From contig CAXNGG010000001.1 in the NCBI GenBank assembly GCA_964201885.1, forward strand, positions 1 through 27,781: 27,781 nucleotides of DNA, given 5' to 3'. Below, piece after piece: positions 13,897-23,378 of this stretch. The translations under genes and the position numbers were made by a program. The notes below the pieces were generated by a model. The model saw only the letters and a program-made list of their open reading frames with translations, did not search any database and was not told where the DNA came from. This DNA is from Oligoflexales bacterium (lineage in GTDB: Bacteria > Bdellovibrionota_B > Oligoflexia > Oligoflexales > CAIMVM01). Numbering within the stretch: the stretch's first letter is position 1; every line of letters starts with the position of its first letter.

Positions 13897-16860
13897 ATGG
13901 TCATACGAATTCTAGGAGCCCTCTCTACTTACTTGTTTTTGAGCAGCTCCCAAATGGTACAGGCTGAGACCCCGATTTTACCTCTCCCTGGAGTGACACG
14001 GGATCAAAACCTATTTCTTCTAAGTCTTCGCGACGGCAATTCGAGCTTAGTGGAAGAAACTTCCCCTCCTGACATCGGAGAGCTTTTAGATAAAGTCAAA
14101 GCTTCGGAAGAGGACGCAGACAATGATAAAAAAAGAACTCCCGGTGAGCTGGAGGATATCCTTGTAAAGATCCTAAGAGCTTCGGAAGCCATAGAAGATG
14201 TTAAGTTTAAAAAAATTCCGGGCGCTGTTTTTACCACGGCCCAAGAATCGGAACTCGGCCAGCTCAAAATGAAGAAAGAAAAAATACTTTTTCTTCTTAC
14301 AACAGCCTACCAGAATAACCCGGAACGCCTCAGTCAGTTTAAATTCTTAACAGCCGCCAACAATCCAGACTCTAGTTTGTCTAAACAGATTTTTTTGGAG
14401 TTGGCTTCGAGCAAGAAAGCTTCAAACTCCATACGCAGTAGAGCCATGGCTGTGGTCGCACTGGATCAAATTCGAAGCCAAACCTATGTTCGAGATGTCA
14501 AAAAAATAAAAGAATTTCTGGAATCTAGAAAAGAAGTCTATCAGAAATCAAATCTCGCATTCCAACTTCAGTTAAATCTAGTGACGGCGCGCTCCTTGGC
14601 TGGCCTCTATGAAAACTCGAAAGTGAGACATCCAGATCCTCTTTACAAAAAGTATCTGAACAATGCCGTAAAAAATCTCGCTGGGGTGGCCAAAAGCATT
14701 CGTGAAAAAACAATCGCTGAAGTGCTTTGGATATGGCGCAGTGCAGACCCCAAAGACAGCTGGTTTAGTCTTCCCTTTGATGCGGCTGCTATAAAGAACC
14801 CTGACACGATTGCTGCCATCCATGAAAGACGCTCTCTTGAGCTCTACAGCAAAGGGCAAGTCGTTGAAGCGATCAAAATCACCAGAAACCTAGAAGACTC
14901 CCTACCCTCAAAAACCCCATGGCGCGTTAGGCTTTTGGCCTGGCATAAAATGTCTTGGATGAAATCAAATCAATTTCTACCCCTAGAAGCCGAGATTTCA
15001 AGGCAACTCGAGACGGAAAAAACTCCTGAAAGATCAGCATCTTTAACTCACGAATATCTCTCTCTCATCAAAGTCGAAGCGCTGAAAGCTAAGAAAAAAC
15101 CGGGAGCTGGAACATTGGTGATTCCCCTTGCGGACCGCTATCTTGCTAAAACAAAACCAAGTCCTGATCATAAAGCAGAGATTCTAGAACTCACCGCAGT
15201 GCTTTACCAAGGAATGGGTCAAAACAAAGATGCGGGCATCAGACAAAACGCCGCAGGCGACATCGCCACTAAACGAGAAAATAAGATTCGACTCTATGGA
15301 CTGGCCCTAAAATCACAAAGCAAGGTGGCCGGTTGGAGCGATGAGGCTCCTTGGTTTAAAAATAGAGCAAAAGTTCCATCTGAACTCAGCCTCCTTCGCA
15401 AATACTATGCAGATGCCCTGTCTCAGCAGCCTGATAGCTGGAATCTCTCTGCTCACAGCGGTCTCATAGCCATGGCTCAAAATGAACCCATAGTCGCCTT
15501 TAAACTTTGGAATCAGCTGCTTCAAAAAAATACTAGCGGCGTCCACGCTAACAATGCCGCATGGATCATGTTAACGACCTATCAAAATGCGAAGCAATGG
15601 GAAGACCTCGAAGGCTTGGCTCGCCTCCTTGTGAAAGCTCGACTCAATCCTAAAGCCCAAGGAAAAAATCTCTCATCCAGTGATCTTTTAGCCTTAGCCC
15701 TTTACGAAAGTGGCTCAGCTGCCTTTGCAAGCTCTAACTTTCAGAAGGCGATCCTAAAATTAACCGAATACGTCGACGCTTTTGCTAAACCCAATGAAGA
15801 TCATGCCCTTTGGCTTTTGAGTATGTCCTTACACAACACAAGTCGCTATATAGATGCCATCGTCAGGGCCCATGATATGACTAAAAGATTTCCCACTTCT
15901 AAGGAGTGGCTGATAGCCAATGCCACCGCTTTTCAGTGGTCTGAAGATGCGGCTCAGGAGCCCTACTCGCTGATTTTTGCGAGCAATTATCTGTCTCGCG
16001 ATGGCAAATCCGATAAGGGTCTTGCCTTGCGACGTCGCCTCATTCAGCTTTTAATTGGCCTTGAACGCTACGGACTCGCCATAGCCCGAATTAAAGAGCA
16101 CCAACAAACGCTCAGACTTTCAAAACAAGAAGATCTGGACTCTAGCTATCAGATCTTGTATCTCGAAGGTCATTACGGCAAGTCTTCTTCAGCTTTTGCG
16201 GCAGCAGAAACCGTCCTTAGAAAAAATCCAAGTAACTGGCAAAAAGCCGATGCCTTTGGCGCCAAAGCCAAGTACTTGGGAGAAAGAAACGATCTCTCTG
16301 GCATCTCTAAGCTCGAGGCTCAGCTTGCGGCATTATCTGGAGACGACTATCTTTTCATTCAAAAATCAGCTCAGATGCGCTTAACCCTCGCTAAAGCTAT
16401 GTCTATCCAAGCCATGCTTTCAGGAGTCAATAACATCAGCTTAAAAGATCCTAAGGCAGCTTTAAAAGCAAAGATAGACGAATTCAGTGTCTATGAACGA
16501 AGGATGAAAACGGTCTGTGATCTTGGACCCACGGCTTACTGTGCTTTAGCGTTGATCACCATATCTAACACCGGTGCCGAGTTTTTACCTGTACTGAACG
16601 AAATCAACATCAATCCCACTCTCGGTGATGAGGAGACCGTGCCTTACAACACCTACAAAAAATCCGCCATGGACCGCATCTCTGCACTCATGACGAACTC
16701 TGAAAAGAAGGCATATGACATTGTGATCGACGGGGAGTCGGATCCGACCACAGCTCTAGATGTGATTTGGCGAACGTCTAACGATTGGAACTTCGAGCCG
16801 GTTACCGGTTCGGAAGGAAAAGGCTACGTCCAGCTTCAAATCACGAAAGGAGCCAATTAA
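13897..16860 (+). CDS. Large exported TPR/alpha-solenoid protein (987 aa; GltD/AgmU-like architecture)
   Basis: Signal peptide (MVIRILGALSTYLFLSSSQMVQA) and many TPR-like helix pairs (e.g. ALALYESGSAAFASSNFQKAILKLTEY; DHALWLLSMSLHNTSRYIDA). SD AGGTGA. Confidence 0.75.
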   Translation: MVIRILGALSTYLFLSSSQMVQAETPILPLPGVTRDQNLFLLSLRDGNSSLVEETSPPDIGELLDKVKASEEDADNDKKRTPGELEDILVKILRASEAIEDVKFKKIPGAVFTTAQESELGQLKMKKEKILFLLTTAYQNNPERLSQFKFLTAANNPDSSLSKQIFLELASSKKASNSIRSRAMAVVALDQIRSQTYVRDVKKIKEFLESRKEVYQKSNLAFQLQLNLVTARSLAGLYENSKVRHPDPLYKKYLNNAVKNLAGVAKSIREKTIAEVLWIWRSADPKDSWFSLPFDAAAIKNPDTIAAIHERRSLELYSKGQVVEAIKITRNLEDSLPSKTPWRVRLLAWHKMSWMKSNQFLPLEAEISRQLETEKTPERSASLTHEYLSLIKVEALKAKKKPGAGTLVIPLADRYLAKTKPSPDHKAEILELTAVLYQGMGQNKDAGIRQNAAGDIATKRENKIRLYGLALKSQSKVAGWSDEAPWFKNRAKVPSELSLLRKYYADALSQQPDSWNLSAHSGLIAMAQNEPIVAFKLWNQLLQKNTSGVHANNAAWIMLTTYQNAKQWEDLEGLARLLVKARLNPKAQGKNLSSSDLLALALYESGSAAFASSNFQKAILKLTEYVDAFAKPNEDHALWLLSMSLHNTSRYIDAIVRAHDMTKRFPTSKEWLIANATAFQWSEDAAQEPYSLIFASNYLSRDGKSDKGLALRRRLIQLLIGLERYGLAIARIKEHQQTLRLSKQEDLDSSYQILYLEGHYGKSSSAFAAAETVLRKNPSNWQKADAFGAKAKYLGERNDLSGISKLEAQLAALSGDDYLFIQKSAQMRLTLAKAMSIQAMLSGVNNISLKDPKAALKAKIDEFSVYERRMKTVCDLGPTAYCALALITISNTGAEFLPVLNEININPTLGDEETVPYNTYKKSAMDRISALMTNSEKKAYDIVIDGESDPTTALDVIWRTSNDWNFEPVTGSEGKGYVQLQITKGAN

Positions 16861-17837
16861 TGTCTCATTCCATTCAAGACTCTCTTTCCAAGTTGGGAGC
16901 GACTCAACACTTTTCTGACCGTTCTCAAAGGACTCCTAGAACTCTCACGATCTGGCGCGCTACTTTGTCTTTTGGTTTGGCTTTAAGTTTTTTTGTGGCG
17001 AGCGCCTGTGTTCACCAAAACGGCTCGTCTTCTAAAGATGTGGAAACTGCGCTGGTGCTTAAGTCTGGCGACCAGGGCGCGGTTATGAATGCCGGCATCT
17101 CCGATGCGGATTGGTTGAAAAGAACGGCTTCTACTGAGGTTTCTAGAGACCGGGTCGAGGCCGAGCTGGTTGCTGGAAAGACTGAGAAGTCAGAAGAGTC
17201 GGCAAGAGATCTCCTTGCTCGCAATCCTGCTTCCAAAGAAGGCCTTGAGGGTCTGGCGACGAGTCTTTACTTGCAAGGGCGACATGAAAAAGCGGCCTAC
17301 TATGCCAAGCTACTGATGGAAAAATACCCCAACAATACGGTAGCTTTGAATATTTCTGGATTGACTCTCATGAAACGCGGCAATGACCCCCAAGATCTGA
17401 GACAAGCCAAAAACCTCTTTGAATCGGCCTTTAGTGGTGACAGCAAGGAAATTGCTGCGGGCTTGAACCTCGGGCATCTCCTTCTAGAAACCGGCAACTC
17501 AAAACGGGCTGTCTCGGTCTTTGAACAAACCGCTGGGCGGTGCAACGACTGCTTGCAGGCGATATTAGGCGCTAGCATTGCAGCGAGGCGCGCCAAGGAT
17601 TTTAACACCTCAAAAACTTATTTAGATCGCGCCATCCAAAGCAAAAGCCCTGTTGCTTACTACCATCTAGCTCTTTGGCATATCCAGTCCAGCAACGATC
17701 TCAAAAGCGCCCGTGAAGCTCTTGGGAAAGTGAGATTTTATGCCCAAGACCCCAGCTCCCTAATCCGTCAAAAAGCGGATTCTTTCTTTAGGCAAATTGT
17801 GGTGGATATGGAAAAGAAGGGAGCTATCGATGAATAG
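16860..17837 (+). CDS. TPR-containing lipoprotein (start re-assigned to ATG 16860; GltE/AglT-like architecture)
   Basis: TAATG overlap with the upstream stop and SD AAGGAG. Lipobox VASAC; TPR motifs (LATSLYLQGRHEKAAYY, GLNLGHLLLETGNSKRA, AYYHLALW). Confidence 0.8.
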   Translation: MSHSIQDSLSKLGATQHFSDRSQRTPRTLTIWRATLSFGLALSFFVASACVHQNGSSSKDVETALVLKSGDQGAVMNAGISDADWLKRTASTEVSRDRVEAELVAGKTEKSEESARDLLARNPASKEGLEGLATSLYLQGRHEKAAYYAKLLMEKYPNNTVALNISGLTLMKRGNDPQDLRQAKNLFESAFSGDSKEIAAGLNLGHLLLETGNSKRAVSVFEQTAGRCNDCLQAILGASIAARRAKDFNTSKTYLDRAIQSKSPVAYYHLALWHIQSSNDLKSAREALGKVRFYAQDPSSLIRQKADSFFRQIVVDMEKKGAIDE

Positions 17838-18909
17838 GCTTGCTGGATTTTCTTTTATTACTTTTATTACTTTTATTACTTTTTTTACCTGGAGCTGTCG
17901 GCCTAAATCTCAAACCTCCAACGTCGCCTATATTTTAGGGGATAACGATATCGTTACCGTTTCAGATAAGAATGATATTCCCAATGTGAGGAAAGCTACC
18001 GTCGTCATCGCAACCCGAAAAGCCAATGGTGCTTCCATTTTTTGCACGGGAACTATGGTGAAAGATAATCAAGGTGTCCTTCATGTCATCACCAACCATC
18101 ACTGTTTTGCGGAAGAAGGTCCTGATGGCTCCAAGTTAGACACACTCATCCCAGAGGCATGCAAAGAGACGCGGGTCTTCTTTGACTTTACCAGTAGCAA
18201 TAGCAGCAAAGCGCCCAACGTCAAATGCCTTCCTGGTAGTTTACGAACAGATCCAAGAATTGATGTCGGCGTCTTTCAGTTACAGGAAAAACCGCCTGCT
18301 GATGCCGTGTCCTTAGCTTTCTTTAAAGGAGATCCTGCGGGACGCAAAGCGCTCATTTTTCACCATCCCGCGCGAGCCGGTGGTTTTGCTAAAGATGCTG
18401 AAGGGGATGTTTCCTTGCCGGTGGCAGCGCTTACCACCAATGACTGCAAAATTTTAGGCTATTTTAGTCCAGACGACATCAAACTAGATCCGGTCCTTCA
18501 CGTGTCTTTGCGACACACCTGTGATTTGGATTTAGGTTCAAGCGGTTCGGCTTTAATTGATGCTGAGACCTCTAGTATCGTTGGCATCAACTGGGGGGGA
18601 GTGACTATTGTGGAAAATGGCAAAGGAATTTCTCGCAAAGACAACACGTCGACAATGGCAGCCTTTGCTGAATCGTTTCTAAACCATGTGCCTTATGAGA
18701 TTCCGAATTTCCAAGAATCTGGAAAGGTCAAAAAAGACAAAGTCAAAGGGATCGGATGCTCTCTCCAAGCAGGAGGCTCCTCCCTCGCTGACTTTAGTAA
18801 CGTGTCTTGGCTCCTAACATTAGGGCTCTTAGGATTGCCTCTTTGGGTGCTGGCGGTGAGAAATAGAACTGTGACTAGGTTAAAATCCTTATACTTCGGT
18901 AGTAAATAG
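17830..18909 (+). CDS. Trypsin-like (S1) serine protease with an N-terminal lipobox and a C-terminal Cys + TM sorting-like tail (start re-assigned to 17830)
   Basis: CTGTMV, TNHHCF (His), RIDVGVF (Asp) and HTCDLDLGSSGS (Ser). Lipobox TWSC. C-terminal GCSLQAGG...WLLTLGLLGLPLWVLAVRNR. 8-nt overlap with the upstream gene. Confidence 0.88.
   Translation: MNRLAGFSFITFITFITFFTWSCRPKSQTSNVAYILGDNDIVTVSDKNDIPNVRKATVVIATRKANGASIFCTGTMVKDNQGVLHVITNHHCFAEEGPDGSKLDTLIPEACKETRVFFDFTSSNSSKAPNVKCLPGSLRTDPRIDVGVFQLQEKPPADAVSLAFFKGDPAGRKALIFHHPARAGGFAKDAEGDVSLPVAALTTNDCKILGYFSPDDIKLDPVLHVSLRHTCDLDLGSSGSALIDAETSSIVGINWGGVTIVENGKGISRKDNTSTMAAFAESFLNHVPYEIPNFQESGKVKKDKVKGIGCSLQAGGSSLADFSNVSWLLTLGLLGLPLWVLAVRNRTVTRLKSLYFGSK
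17854..17880 (+). repeat. In-frame tandem repeat, 3 x 9 bp (TTTATTACT = F-I-T), in the protease signal peptide
   Basis: tttattact x3 encodes FITFITFIT. Confidence 0.85.
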
Positions 18910-18930
18910 TTTAGAGATTCGGAGGATCCC

Positions 18931-21108
18931 ATGGAACAATTCAAATCCCTTCTTAAAGAATCTATCGCCCAAAAGGTTAGCTGTGTCTTTCTTAAAGAGG
19001 GCAATGAACCTGTAGCCGACACACCCTCAGGCTCAAAGAACCTCGGCTCACTTGCTACCAAGAGTTTTTTAGAAGAGGTTTTCGGGTTTCTATTTGCCAA
19101 TTCTGAAGACACCCTGGATGGGGGAGCACCTACCCATGGCATTTTAAATATTGCAGCCTTAGGGAATCTTAATGTCCTTGGTTGGAAGCATCGCAAAGGA
19201 TGGCAGCTTGCCATTTGCTTTCCGGGGAGCGGAGATCAAAAGTTTTTAGATCTCAAAGAAAAGTGGCAAAACGAATATGAAAACGAAAGTCGGTTTTCCA
19301 TTTCTGACGAACCCTCTAAACTTTCCGAGCCAGGAAAAAATCCCTATCCCGACGCGCCACCTCTGCCCTTTAAGCCCGGAGAGCTTGTAGATCTTAAAAG
19401 TGTTGGCTCCAAGAGAGATTCCGCCTTTGGGACCTTTAATCCGACGGGCATGTCCCAAGTGGCAAATATGCCTGGGGAGGCTCCAGACGGCCTTGAAGAG
19501 AGCGGGGCTGAGGAGCAAGGGTTTGGCCTTAAAGGCTTTACCTCATTCCTAAGCCCAGGTGCCGATCAAGCCTCTGCGAATCAAGTGAGCCCCACGCCTT
19601 CCATGGCTCCAGCCCCGATCCTCGCGGCCCCCCTTAGCCAAGGCCTAGGGGCCCCTATACCTAAGCCCCTCCCACAAGGGGGGACGTTACAGGCCCCGAC
19701 TCCTCAGCCCCTGCAGGCTCAAGCGTCCAAGACAAATATGCAATTCACATTGCCACCAGAGGGAAACTCATCACCCCTAAAGGTGAGTGAGCCTAAGGTC
19801 GCGCCTGAAGTTAAGCAACCAGCGTCCTTTCCAAACTCTTCACAGCTCACGTCTTCGGGTCAAGCAGCTGTTAAGGCTGCAGCTCCCCCATCAGCTGTAT
19901 TAAAGGAGACCCTTGCTGCCGTAGCACCCTCATCAGCTCCAGAAAGTAAAGCCATTATTTTTGACGCCAATGACCCAGAAAAAGTGGTGGTAAGAACTTC
20001 AGATTTTCCTATCGATAATCTTCTAAGACACATGATGGCCAAAAAAGCTTCCGACTTACACCTAACTTTAACCCAACCCCCAGTGCTTCGCGTGGACGGT
20101 GAGGTTGAGCGCGAAGACATGCCGCCTCTCGACGCAGCGACCATGGAGCGCTATCTCCTTCCGATTATGCCACCTAAAAACCGCGAAGAGTTTTTAAGCG
20201 TGAACGATACTGACTTCGCTTACGAACTCCCTGGGGTTGGACGTTTTCGGGTGAATATGTTTCGAGATGGCTTTGGTGTGGGTGCCGTCCTACGACAAAT
20301 CCCCGCTAAAATATTAACCGCTGAGCAGTTAAAACTCCCTAAGGCCATAACGGATTTCTGTGCTCTTACCAAGGGTCTCGTACTGGTTACTGGTCCTACG
20401 GGTTCCGGGAAATCTACAACTCTCGCGGCTATGATCGATAAAATCAACAAAGAGCGCCATGAGCACATCTTAACGATTGAGGACCCCGTTGAATTTGTTC
20501 ACCCCCAACAAAAATGTCTGGTCAACCAAAGGGAAGTGGGAAAACATACAACTAGCTTCAAACGAGCTCTTAAAGCAGCCCTTCGAGAAGACCCAGATGT
20601 GATTCTTATTGGCGAGCTCAGGGATTTGGAAACCATTGCCATTGCTATTGAAACCGCAGAAACAGGTCACTTGGTTTTTGGGACTCTTCACACCAATACG
20701 GCGATCTCTACGGTTGACCGTATCATCGACCAATTCCCTTCGAACCAGCAGTCTCAAATTAGAACCATGCTAGCTTCCAGCTTAAAGGGGGTGGTAGCTC
20801 AAACCCTCATCAAAAAAATTGGTGGGGGGCGAGTGGCAGCCCACGAAATTTTGGTGGTAGACGATGCGGTCTCAAGCAATATACGGGAAGGTAAAAACCA
20901 TCTCATCCAAAACACCATGATCACCCAAAAAGCGGCTGGAAACCAGCTCCTCAACGAATGCCTCCTAACCCTTGCAAAAGACGGGCTCATTGAACCTATG
21001 GACGCCTATCTCAAGTGCATTGACAAGAAGTCTCTCGTGGAACTTGCTAAAAGATGGAATATCCCTATGGCATTTGTGGATAAAGAAGGCAAGCTCTTAG
21101 CTTCTTAG
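18931..21108 (+). CDS. pilT: PilT/PilU-family type IV pilus retraction ATPase with a ~360-aa N-terminal extension
   Basis: KASDLHL, GRFRVNMF, Walker A GPTGSGKST, TIEDPVEF, QREVG, ALREDPDVILIGELRD and GHLVFGTLHTN. The PilT core starts at about Ile361. Confidence 0.92.
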   Translation: MEQFKSLLKESIAQKVSCVFLKEGNEPVADTPSGSKNLGSLATKSFLEEVFGFLFANSEDTLDGGAPTHGILNIAALGNLNVLGWKHRKGWQLAICFPGSGDQKFLDLKEKWQNEYENESRFSISDEPSKLSEPGKNPYPDAPPLPFKPGELVDLKSVGSKRDSAFGTFNPTGMSQVANMPGEAPDGLEESGAEEQGFGLKGFTSFLSPGADQASANQVSPTPSMAPAPILAAPLSQGLGAPIPKPLPQGGTLQAPTPQPLQAQASKTNMQFTLPPEGNSSPLKVSEPKVAPEVKQPASFPNSSQLTSSGQAAVKAAAPPSAVLKETLAAVAPSSAPESKAIIFDANDPEKVVVRTSDFPIDNLLRHMMAKKASDLHLTLTQPPVLRVDGEVEREDMPPLDAATMERYLLPIMPPKNREEFLSVNDTDFAYELPGVGRFRVNMFRDGFGVGAVLRQIPAKILTAEQLKLPKAITDFCALTKGLVLVTGPTGSGKSTTLAAMIDKINKERHEHILTIEDPVEFVHPQQKCLVNQREVGKHTTSFKRALKAALREDPDVILIGELRDLETIAIAIETAETGHLVFGTLHTNTAISTVDRIIDQFPSNQQSQIRTMLASSLKGVVAQTLIKKIGGGRVAAHEILVVDDAVSSNIREGKNHLIQNTMITQKAAGNQLLNECLLTLAKDGLIEPMDAYLKCIDKKSLVELAKRWNIPMAFVDKEGKLLAS

Positions 21109-21150
21109 CTTCTTAGCTTCTTAGCTTCTTAGGTTCTTAGCTTCTTAGAA
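21095..21150 (+). repeat. Tandem repeat, 7 x 8 bp (TCTTAGCT), overlapping the pilT stop
   Basis: tcttagct x4, tcttaggt, tcttagct, tcttagaa. The pilT TAG (21106-21108) is inside unit 2. Confidence 0.9.
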
Positions 21151-21159
21151 AGACGTACG

Positions 21160-23205
21160 ATGAAGAAGGAAAAAGATCGCAAATACAACAAAGAAACAAG
21201 TCTTATAGCCTTGGTCCTTTGTTTGCTTTCTTTTGTCGGGGTTTCTTACATTCAAAGTCGCGACCTCAATGTGGGACGAATTCGCGACGATCTTATCGCC
21301 ACCAAAAGAATCGTAGAGATCCCAAAATGGGCGGCGATCTTTCTCCATTGTGACTCGGCAGGCAGTTGCACACAACTAAACCCACAGCCGATCGACATTA
21401 CGTTTCCAGGCTCAGCTACCCTTCCTGAAATCCTAAAAAATCTCCCTGAGCCAGCCAATCGGGTGAGAATCAATGCAGAGCTTACAGAAGACAATAAAGC
21501 TTGGTTTCAAACGCTACCCAGTGAACGGGCGACTTTAATTTTTCCCTATATGGCCCATCAAGCCACCCAGATTCTTTTTCCTGCGGATGGAAAGATTCAA
21601 CTTGGAAACTTTGCCGACATCAGAATTCCACTCAGCTCCCAAAGCGTGAGCATGGGGTCCTTAGAACTGCAACTTTTTATCTCCCCCGAAGCCAAATGGT
21701 TTGGGCCGGCTTTGGTAGCCCCTGCCTTGGTGGATCCAAGATACGATCGAGATTTTCTAGACATCAGTGCCAAACAACGTTTTTCTGCCCACATGAACCG
21801 CATGCTTGAGGTGGTCGTTCCCCTACTTTTCGCGGCTATGGCGCTTATTTTAGATCACGCCTTGGTTGCTGGGCTCTTGTCCCTCTTTGCAGCGTTAAGA
21901 GCTCTGCGCTGCTTGGCTTATTTAGCTTGGGAGACGGAAGCTCTCAATAGAAATTTCTTAGAAGGCTTGATCTTTCCCCTGCATGGCATGGGAGCCTTAG
22001 CCATTGTTTTTGTGGTGCTAGCTTTCGCCAATATCGAGATCAAACGCAAAGTGCAGATCCTTTCCATGTTGGTCGCAGCTGGCCTGGGCTTTCTTAGCTC
22101 GAAGATTGGACTAGGTCTGCTAAACTCCGATATGGTTTGGGATGGCCTCCTGGCTATTTTAGGTATGGCTACAACCGCCACCCTATTCCTTCGTTTTAAA
22201 CCAGAAAAGAAACTCGAGCTCGTCGCTGTTTTTATCCTTCTTGGTTTATTTTTAAGTACCAATCTTGAGCAGTACTTGGCTCAAGACACCTCAGCCCTTA
22301 AAAGTTTTTTTGACTGGCGCAACCAAATCCTCGTCCCAGGTTTGGTCTTTATAGCGTTTATAGATATCGGAAGTATTTACAATACGATTCAAAAGGTTTC
22401 CAGTATCGTGCGTCAAAAAGCAGAGCTTGATAAAGAGATTGAAATCTCTAAAGCCATCCAGTTCTCAAGCCTTCCGGAATCCAAAGCTAAAAGTGGCAAC
22501 TGGACCTGGCACGGTGTCTACCGCCCCGCCTCCAAACTGGCTGGAGACTGGTACGATGTGAGAGAAGTTGAAATCTCTCCCACGAAGACTGTCCTTGTCG
22601 CGGCGATGGTCGATGTCACGGGACACGGCATGGGGGCTGCCATGATGACCTCCAACATCGCCAGCCACTGGAGCCTTTGGACGAGAGGGATCGCTGGAGC
22701 CCAGGAGGATTTTGAGAGCTACTTGGCTCTAGCCCCTCAAAGAGTGCATGAGGGTCTGATCGGCCTCAGAAGCAACCTTGGCTGTAGCATGGCAGCCATG
22801 ATCTTTGATCAGTCTACGGGGGCACTTTACTATACCACGGCAGGGCATCCTGGAATTTTAACGGGAAGCGAGTCCCAGTTTCGCTATCACTCTACGGAGG
22901 GATCCAGACCAGGTTCAGAATCTGACCATCCCAAGTGGACCGCTAAAACCACAGTCCTTGACCCCCTTGAAACCATGATCGTCCTCTACACCGACGGTAT
23001 CGTTCCACCAGGAGCAGCCGCTTCCCAGTGGTTAGGTCGCATCAAACAAGAGCTTCGTAAAGGCAAGCGTGGGCTTTTAAGTCAAATCGGCTCCCAGATC
23101 ATCGCCAACTCCAGAATTTACCGCAAAAACCTCGAACTTGAAGATGACTTAACGTTCCTTCTCCTCAAAAAAGAGCCTTCCCCCAAAACTGAGTTTTCCA
23201 GCTGA
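21160..23205 (+). CDS. Membrane-bound PP2C/SpoIIE-family serine phosphatase with a periplasmic sensor and ~7 TMs
   Basis: LAGDWYD, VDVTGHG, TAGHP, LYTDGI and EDDLT motifs. One N-terminal TM, an extracytoplasmic domain, multiple TMs and a coiled linker (RQKAELDKEIEISKAIQ). Confidence 0.9.
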   Translation: MKKEKDRKYNKETSLIALVLCLLSFVGVSYIQSRDLNVGRIRDDLIATKRIVEIPKWAAIFLHCDSAGSCTQLNPQPIDITFPGSATLPEILKNLPEPANRVRINAELTEDNKAWFQTLPSERATLIFPYMAHQATQILFPADGKIQLGNFADIRIPLSSQSVSMGSLELQLFISPEAKWFGPALVAPALVDPRYDRDFLDISAKQRFSAHMNRMLEVVVPLLFAAMALILDHALVAGLLSLFAALRALRCLAYLAWETEALNRNFLEGLIFPLHGMGALAIVFVVLAFANIEIKRKVQILSMLVAAGLGFLSSKIGLGLLNSDMVWDGLLAILGMATTATLFLRFKPEKKLELVAVFILLGLFLSTNLEQYLAQDTSALKSFFDWRNQILVPGLVFIAFIDIGSIYNTIQKVSSIVRQKAELDKEIEISKAIQFSSLPESKAKSGNWTWHGVYRPASKLAGDWYDVREVEISPTKTVLVAAMVDVTGHGMGAAMMTSNIASHWSLWTRGIAGAQEDFESYLALAPQRVHEGLIGLRSNLGCSMAAMIFDQSTGALYYTTAGHPGILTGSESQFRYHSTEGSRPGSESDHPKWTAKTTVLDPLETMIVLYTDGIVPPGAAASQWLGRIKQELRKGKRGLLSQIGSQIIANSRIYRKNLELEDDLTFLLLKKEPSPKTEFSS

Positions 23206-23378
23206 ATGTAGCAGAGCTACTAGCTCTAAAACAGGGTCACTAAAGAGAAGTCTTTCGCGTCTTTAGACAACGTACTGTCTGATCTTAGGAAAAGGATCCC
23301 CTAAATTAGAGGAGTGCATTTAAAAAAAAAAGATCCTACCGAAAGGATCTCAAAAACTCCTCTAGAAAAGCGCCAAAG

